NCBI RefSeq assembly: GCF_004343705.1
Contig: NZ_SKFH01000008.1
Span: 1 to 64,000 of the forward strand
Direction: 5' to 3'
From: Flaviaesturariibacter aridisoli
Lineage (GTDB): Bacteria; Bacteroidota; Bacteroidia; Chitinophagales; Chitinophagaceae
Length of the DNA stretch: 64,000 nt
Part shown: positions 58,454-64,000 of the stretch, piece after piece
Position numbering within the stretch: position 1 is the first letter of the stretch
Layout: every line of letters starts with the position of its first letter
The notes under the pieces: generated by a model
Told to the model about the DNA's origin: nothing
Database searches by the model: none
Seen by the model: the letters and a program-made list of their open reading frames with translations, nothing else
Program-made: the position numbers and the translations under genes

Positions 58454-59064
58454 TCGCGATCATTGATTACGGTATCGGCAACCTGTTGTCGGTAAAGAAT
58501 ATGCTGAAGAAGGCGGGCGTGACGGATGCCGTCATCACCGGCGACCCCGGAGAAGTGCGCCGGGCCGATCGGATCATCCTGCCCGGTGTGGGTCACTTCG
58601 ACTACGGCATGCGCAAGCTGAAAGCTTCACCGGCCTTCGACGAGCTCAATCGCAAAGCCCTCGAGGAGAAAGTCCCGGTACTGGGCATCTGCCTCGGCGC
58701 TCAGCTGCTCACCAACGGTTCCGAAGAAGGCACCGAGCCCGGTCTCGGCTGGATCGACGCCGATACGGTGCGCTTCGAGGTGGACCAGCTGGCCGAGCGT
58801 CTTCCCATCCCGCACATGGGTTGGTCGGAGATCGACTTCACGCCGCACCCGCTTTTTGAAGGCATGTACGCCGAGCCGCGCTTTTATTTCGTACACTCTT
58901 TTTACCTGAAGCCGAAAGACGACGCCAACAAGCTGTGCATGGCGCGCTACGGTCACCCCTTTGCCGCAGGCATCCAGCGCGACAACATCATGGGCGTGCA
59001 ATTTCACCCTGAGAAAAGCCACAAGTTCGGCCTCAGGCTTTTGGAAAACTTTTCCCGTCTGTAA
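58450..59064 (+). CDS. imidazole glycerol phosphate synthase HisH-like glutamine amidotransferase (WbuY-type)
   Basis: MIAIIDYGIGNL...GICLGAQLL triad Cys, HPEKS. Confidence 0.85.
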   Translation: MIAIIDYGIGNLLSVKNMLKKAGVTDAVITGDPGEVRRADRIILPGVGHFDYGMRKLKASPAFDELNRKALEEKVPVLGICLGAQLLTNGSEEGTEPGLGWIDADTVRFEVDQLAERLPIPHMGWSEIDFTPHPLFEGMYAEPRFYFVHSFYLKPKDDANKLCMARYGHPFAAGIQRDNIMGVQFHPEKSHKFGLRLLENFSRL

Positions 59065-59828
59065 TGAGAAGAATCCGTGTCATACCGGTGCTGCTGATCC
59101 ACGAAGGTGGGTTGGTGAAATCCGTGAAGTTTAAGAACTACCAATACGTAGGCGATCCCATCAACGCGGTGAAGATCTTCAACGATAAGGAGGTGGACGA
59201 GATCTGCATTCTCAACATCTCCAACAGCAAGGCGAAGAAGGGCCCGGACATCCAGGCCGTAGCCGACATCGTGAGCGAGGCCTTCATGCCCGTGGCTTAC
59301 GGCGGCGGCGTGACCACGATGGAGCAAGCGGAAAAACTTTTTTACAACGGCGTGGAAAAGATCGTGCTGAACTATGCCACGGTTACCAACCCGCAGCTGA
59401 TCACCGACATCGCCAAACGCTACGGCAACCAGGCGGTGCTCGTAAGTATCGACTATAAAAGCAACTGGCTTGGCAAAAGCGGCGTGTATACGCTCAACGG
59501 CAGCGAAGCCGTGAAGCGCACACCGGTGGAGATGGCCCAATTCGTGGAAAGCCTCGGCGCCGGCGAGATCATGCTCAACAGCATCGAGCGCGACGGTACT
59601 TATGCGGGCTACGACCTCGACACGCTGGAAAAGGTAGTGGCAGCCGTCAACATCCCGGTGATCGCCTGTGGCGGCGCGGGCTCGGTCGACGATTTCCGCA
59701 AAGCTGTTTCGAAAGGCGCGTCGGCGGTGGCCGCCGGCAGCATGTTCGTGTTTCAGCGCCCCCACAATGCCGTACTGATCTCCTACCCACCCTACCAACA
59801 ATTACAAGAAACATTAAACGCACAATAA
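59064..59828 (+). CDS. HisF-like cyclase (AglZ/HisF2/WbuZ-type)
   Basis: RVIPVLLIHEGGLVKSVKF...(b/a)8 HisF pattern, C-terminal CGGAGS. Confidence 0.85.
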   Translation: MRRIRVIPVLLIHEGGLVKSVKFKNYQYVGDPINAVKIFNDKEVDEICILNISNSKAKKGPDIQAVADIVSEAFMPVAYGGGVTTMEQAEKLFYNGVEKIVLNYATVTNPQLITDIAKRYGNQAVLVSIDYKSNWLGKSGVYTLNGSEAVKRTPVEMAQFVESLGAGEIMLNSIERDGTYAGYDLDTLEKVVAAVNIPVIACGGAGSVDDFRKAVSKGASAVAAGSMFVFQRPHNAVLISYPPYQQLQETLNAQ

Positions 59829-59832
59829 GCTT

Positions 59833-61002
59833 ATGTTCCATTGGTCGTATAACGAAGAGAACCTGAGGCAGAATCCTGTCGTAAATGGCGGCAGACCTTA
59901 CCAGCAGTGCACCAAGACCGTGATGGACACCATCATGGACCCGGATATCACCTTCGACGAAGACGGTGTATGCAACTACTACCACAACTACATGAACCAG
60001 GTGGACAAGGTGGTGTTCAAAGGCGCGGAAGGCGACCGGCGCATCGAGGAAATGGTGCGTACGCTGAAAGCCAACCAGAAAGGAAAATACGACTCCATCA
60101 TCGGTCTCAGCGGCGGTGTAGACAGCACCTACATGGTGTACAAGGCCAAGGAATGGGGCATCAACCCACTCGTGGTGCACTTCGATTATGGCTGGAACCT
60201 CGAGCTGGCCGTGCAGAACATTGAGCAAACGCTCAAGCATGCAGGCCTGGAATTGTATACCTACGTAATGAACTGGGAAGACTTCAAGCACCTGCAGCGC
60301 GCCTACTTCAAGGCGGGCGTGCTCGACCTCGACGTGCCGGCCGACCACCTCATCTTTGCCGCCCTCAACATGGTGGCCAAGAAATTCAACATCAAGTACC
60401 TGCTGAAAGGCTACAACTTCCAGTCGGAGGCCATCCTGCCCCGCACCTGGAACTACAACCGCAAGTTCGACCTGAAAAACCTGCAGGACATCAACCGCCA
60501 GTTCGGCGAGCGCAAGCTGAAAGACCTGCCGAAGCTCGGTCTCTGGCAGCAGATCTACTACGAGCGCATCTACAACCTGAAAAGCTTTTCGCCCCTCAAC
60601 AACTTCGACTACAACAAGGAAGCCTGCAAGAAAGAGCTCATCGAAAAGATCGGCTGGGTAGACTATGGCGGTAAGCACTTTGAGAATGTGTTTACGCGTT
60701 TTTACCAGGGCTACATTCTTCCCACGCGCTTCGCCATCGACAAGCGCAAGGCGCACCTCAGCACGCTCATCTGCAGCGGCCAGGCAACCCGCGAAGAAGC
60801 CCTCACCGAGCTCCAGCGTCCTCCTTACGACCTGAAAGTGATGCAGGAAGATTATGTATATGTTTCAAAGAAGCTCGGGTTCAGCGAAGCGGAATTCGAC
60901 CAATGCCTCACCGGGCCGATCCGCCGCCACGACGAATTCAAAGAGGAAGTGAAGCTCCAGAATTTCCTGAGCAAAGCTGCCAAACTCATCATCCGTAAAT
61001 AA
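59833..61002 (+). CDS. N-acetyl sugar amidotransferase (WbpG/WbuX/PseA family, PP-loop ATPase)
   Basis: SGGVDS PP-loop; family-typical N-terminal zinc-ribbon-like region. Confidence 0.85.
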   Translation: MFHWSYNEENLRQNPVVNGGRPYQQCTKTVMDTIMDPDITFDEDGVCNYYHNYMNQVDKVVFKGAEGDRRIEEMVRTLKANQKGKYDSIIGLSGGVDSTYMVYKAKEWGINPLVVHFDYGWNLELAVQNIEQTLKHAGLELYTYVMNWEDFKHLQRAYFKAGVLDLDVPADHLIFAALNMVAKKFNIKYLLKGYNFQSEAILPRTWNYNRKFDLKNLQDINRQFGERKLKDLPKLGLWQQIYYERIYNLKSFSPLNNFDYNKEACKKELIEKIGWVDYGGKHFENVFTRFYQGYILPTRFAIDKRKAHLSTLICSGQATREEALTELQRPPYDLKVMQEDYVYVSKKLGFSEAEFDQCLTGPIRRHDEFKEEVKLQNFLSKAAKLIIRK

Positions 61003-61015
61003 GCCACTGCATAGC

Positions 61016-62068
61016 ATGAAGATCATTTCCATCATCGGCGCGCGTCCGCAGTTCATCAAGCACGCGCCCGTTTCGCTGGCCCTGAAGAAAAAGTTCCAGT
61101 CCCTTTCCATCCATACCGGTCAGCACTACGACGAAAACATGAGCAAGGTCTTCTTCGACGAGATGAAGATCGACCGCCCGGATTTCATGCTCGACATGGG
61201 CAAGGCTACGCGCCACGGTGCGCAGACGGCCGTAATGCTCCAGCAGATCGAAGAGATCCTGATCAACGAGAAGCCGGGAGCGGTGTTGCTATATGGCGAT
61301 ACCAATTCGACGGTCGCGGGGGCGCTCGCCGCGGCGAAGCTGGGTATCGGCATCATCCACATCGAAGCCGGCCTGCGCAGCTACAACCGCCACCTGCCCG
61401 AGGAAATCAACCGCGTGATGACCGACCACCTGTCGCAGCTGCTGTTTGCGCCTACGGCCAACGCGGTGGAAAACCTGAAGAAGGAAGGCATCACCAAGGG
61501 CGTATTCCAGACCGGCGACGTGATGTGCGATGCCGTGCGGATGACGACGCCGTACCTCGAGCGCAAAGCCGACGGCAACTACTACTTCGTAACGCTGCAC
61601 CGCCCCTACAATACCGACGAGCCCGGGCGCCTGCGCGCCATTCTCACCGAGCTCAACGGCCTCGGCAAGAAAGTGATCTTCTCCATCCACCCGCGCACGT
61701 CCAACAACATGACGAAGTGGAACATGGACCCGGCGCAGTTCGCCAACGTGGAATTCATTCCGCCGGTGGGCTACCGCGAATGCCTGTCGTACCAGACCTA
61801 CAGCGACGCCGTGATCACCGACTCGGGCGGCATCCAGAAGGAGGCCTATATGCTGCACAAGAAAGCCATCACGCTCCGCTCGGAAACCGAGTGGATCGAA
61901 ACGATGAAAGGCGGCGCCAATACCCTGGTATTCGACAACCTCTCCGACATCTCGAAGGTGCTGGGCGAAAAGAACCACATCGAGTTCGAAGACGCTTACG
62001 GCGACGGCCATGCTGCCGAGGAGACTGCCGACATTATTGAAAAAAATATTTCCCTGCTCAGCATATGA
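61016..62068 (+). CDS. UDP-N-acetylglucosamine 2-epimerase (non-hydrolysing), WecB/WbpI-like
   Basis: MKIISIIGARPQFIK...HTGQHYD...GDTNST...HIEAGLRS signature. Confidence 0.9.
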   Translation: MKIISIIGARPQFIKHAPVSLALKKKFQSLSIHTGQHYDENMSKVFFDEMKIDRPDFMLDMGKATRHGAQTAVMLQQIEEILINEKPGAVLLYGDTNSTVAGALAAAKLGIGIIHIEAGLRSYNRHLPEEINRVMTDHLSQLLFAPTANAVENLKKEGITKGVFQTGDVMCDAVRMTTPYLERKADGNYYFVTLHRPYNTDEPGRLRAILTELNGLGKKVIFSIHPRTSNNMTKWNMDPAQFANVEFIPPVGYRECLSYQTYSDAVITDSGGIQKEAYMLHKKAITLRSETEWIETMKGGANTLVFDNLSDISKVLGEKNHIEFEDAYGDGHAAEETADIIEKNISLLSI

Positions 62069-63222
62069 GTCAAAAGAAAGGCCTGCTCATCTTCCCGATC
62101 CTGAAAGACCTCAACGCGGCCGACGGGATCCTGGTGAAGAATGCCGGGATCCAGAAAGGCTTCGAAGAGAACAACATTCCTGTAGATGTACTGGAGTTCA
62201 ACTCGCAGGGCGTTTTCAACGGCAGCGAGAAGGTGTATTCGTTCTCGACGGGTCGCTACGGCCGCATCTACCAGTTTTACGTCAGTGCCTGGAATGCGAT
62301 CGCACGCTACGTGGCAAAGAAGCGCTACGACTTCATCTGGTTCCGCGTGCCGCTGCTGACGCCGTTCATCGCCGACTTCGTGGCCTACGTGCGCAAGCAG
62401 CTCCCCGACTGCCAGATCATTCTCGAATACGGCGGCTATCCCTACGAGAACGAGCTGCAGGGGTTCCGCAAGAAGTTTTACCTGATGAACAAGCGCTTCG
62501 AAAAGAAGCTGCACGGCAATGCCGACTTCATCATCACCTACCTCGGACAGGAGTCGGTGGACGGCCTGCCGAACATTCCCATCGGCAACGGCATCGACAT
62601 TGATAAGATCCGCATGGTGCAGGGGCAGCCGCCGCTGAACGAAGGCATCCAGATGATCTCGGTATCGAGCCTCAAGAAGTGGCATGCCTACGACCGCATC
62701 ATTGAAGGGATGGCCACCTACGTGCGCCGCCCCGACGCGAAGAAGATCGTGTTTCACGTGATCGGGATGGGGCCGGAGTACGAGCGCCTTACCGGCCTCG
62801 TAGCCCAGCACCAGCTGCAGGACTACGTGATCTTCCACGGCAACAAGATCGAGTCGGAGCTCGACACCCTTTACGACCAGGGCCACGTGGCCATTTGCAC
62901 GATGGGCTTCCACCGGGTGGGGGTGAGCACCTCCAGCTCGCTGAAGAACCGCGAGTATTTCGCACGCGGCCTGCCCATCGTTGTGTCCATTCCCGACGAA
63001 GACATGCCCGTGGACCTGCCGTCGGTGCTGGAAGTGCCGGCCGACGAAAGCCCGGTAGACATTGAAGCCATTGTACGGTTCACCGAAAAGGTGTACGAAG
63101 ACCCGAACGCGGGTCGCAACATCCGCGCCTGGGCCGAAGACAAGGTGACCTGGAAAAGCAAAGTGCGGACTGTGCTCGAATTCCTGGAGAAGCACAAGCG
63201 CCCTGTAGCCATTAACTCTTAA
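62065..63222 (+). CDS. glycosyltransferase (GT-B fold, GT4-like)
   Basis: ~385 aa with C-terminal GT-B donor-binding-like region. Confidence 0.6.
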   Translation: MSQKKGLLIFPILKDLNAADGILVKNAGIQKGFEENNIPVDVLEFNSQGVFNGSEKVYSFSTGRYGRIYQFYVSAWNAIARYVAKKRYDFIWFRVPLLTPFIADFVAYVRKQLPDCQIILEYGGYPYENELQGFRKKFYLMNKRFEKKLHGNADFIITYLGQESVDGLPNIPIGNGIDIDKIRMVQGQPPLNEGIQMISVSSLKKWHAYDRIIEGMATYVRRPDAKKIVFHVIGMGPEYERLTGLVAQHQLQDYVIFHGNKIESELDTLYDQGHVAICTMGFHRVGVSTSSSLKNREYFARGLPIVVSIPDEDMPVDLPSVLEVPADESPVDIEAIVRFTEKVYEDPNAGRNIRAWAEDKVTWKSKVRTVLEFLEKHKRPVAINS

Positions 63223-63232
63223 TACCATCGAT

Positions 63233-64000
63233 ATGTGCGGCATTGCCGGATTTTTCACGAAGGGCAGCACGCGCCCGCAACTGCAGGAGGCCACCGATAC
63301 CATGGTGCACCGCGGTCCCGACGCGGGCGGCTATTTCTATGACGACTGCGGCATCGGCCTCGGTCACCGCCGCCTTTCCATCATCGACCTTTCCGAAGGC
63401 GCGCACCAGCCGATGTATTCGGCCGACGAGCGCTATGTAATGATCTACAACGGCGAGGTGTACAACTTCCAGGAACTCCGGGCGAAGCTGCCCGACCACG
63501 CCTGGAAAACACATGGCGACTCTGAAGTGGTGCTGGAGCTTTTCGTGCGCTACGGCCCCGAGAGCTTTGCCTGGCTCAATGGTATGTTCGCCGTGGGCAT
63601 CTACGACAAGCAGACCGAGCAGCTCACCATCGCCCGCGATCCCGTCGGCATCAAGCCCCTGTATTACTATTATGACGGCACTTCCTTCAGCTTTTCTTCG
63701 GAGCTGAAGTCCATCAAGCAACTGTATCCCAACCTCGCTGTCAACCGCGAGGCGATCCCGTATTTCCTGCACCTGGCCTACATCCCGGTGCCGCTGACGA
63801 TCTACAAGGACGTCTATAAATTCCCTTCGGGACACTACCTGGAAGTGTCGCTGAAAGACGGCGCGCCGAAGCTTTCCGAGGCGCGTCCCTTCTGGCAGGT
63901 GAGCCAGCACATCAAATCCGAAACGATCTCCGACGAGGCGCAGGCCAAGAGCGGACTCAAAGACATTCTCTTCGGCGCCGTACAGCGCCAGCTGATCTCC
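63233..64000 (+). CDS. asnB: asparagine synthase (glutamine-hydrolysing), 5' partial (runs off window)
   Basis: MCGIAGFF N-terminal nucleophile Cys2; HRGPD...GHRRLSI..YNGE. Confidence 0.85.
   Translation, partial: MCGIAGFFTKGSTRPQLQEATDTMVHRGPDAGGYFYDDCGIGLGHRRLSIIDLSEGAHQPMYSADERYVMIYNGEVYNFQELRAKLPDHAWKTHGDSEVVLELFVRYGPESFAWLNGMFAVGIYDKQTEQLTIARDPVGIKPLYYYYDGTSFSFSSELKSIKQLYPNLAVNREAIPYFLHLAYIPVPLTIYKDVYKFPSGHYLEVSLKDGAPKLSEARPFWQVSQHIKSETISDEAQAKSGLKDILFGAVQRQLIS

Overview
This is a 64 kb chromosomal segment from a high-GC (~60-65%) Bacteroidota genome. The Chitinophagaceae/Cytophagia-like signals are: Bacteroidetes-type TAnnTTTG promoter boxes, a T9SS type-B C-terminal sorting domain protein, a UpxY antiterminator heading a polysaccharide locus, and BatA/TPR aerotolerance genes. 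Ordinary chromosomal genes include: a secreted M1 peptidase, a trehalase, metallophosphoesterase, RidA, nadB, ispG, tsaB, an ArsR plus MBL-rhodanese pair, an OXA-type class D beta-lactamase, an ECF sigma/anti-sigma pair, DJ-1/PfpI and an AmpD-like amidase. Accessory or unusual content: (1) a ~2.4 kb low-GC islet at 1.2-3.7 kb carrying an AbiL-like AAA_21 ATPase + RloB/Toprim anti-phage pair, preceded by a 41-bp tandem-repeat array; (2) a DNA-damage cluster (UmuD-like S24 peptidase, SRAP/YedK, SplB-like radical SAM, 2H-phosphoesterase-like); (3) a 1.2 kb non-coding region (15.8-17.0 kb) with promoter/terminator-bounded small-RNA candidates and a circularly permuted tRNA-like element (T-arm, capped acceptor helix, D-arm), followed by an SPFH protein, two tRNAs (Lys, Phe) and a hypothetical/AAA-ATPase/DUF458/RtcB cassette, which suggests an RNA-repair or Y-RNA-type system; (4) a repeat-rich landscape: several tandem arrays (41, 21, 70 and 7 bp units), dispersed palindromic elements, MITE-like inverted repeats that supply the nadB start codon, and a perfect 27-bp inverted repeat bracketing the beta-lactamase upstream region; (5) a ~15 kb polysaccharide locus (UpxY, Wza, Wzc, rfbAB, WbpB/WbpD-like, Wzx, HisH/HisF/WbpG-like amidotransferase trio, WecB-like epimerase, GT, AsnB) syntenic with acetamidino-diacetamido-uronic-acid O-antigen pathways. 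Many long antisense ORFs in the track are high-GC artefacts.
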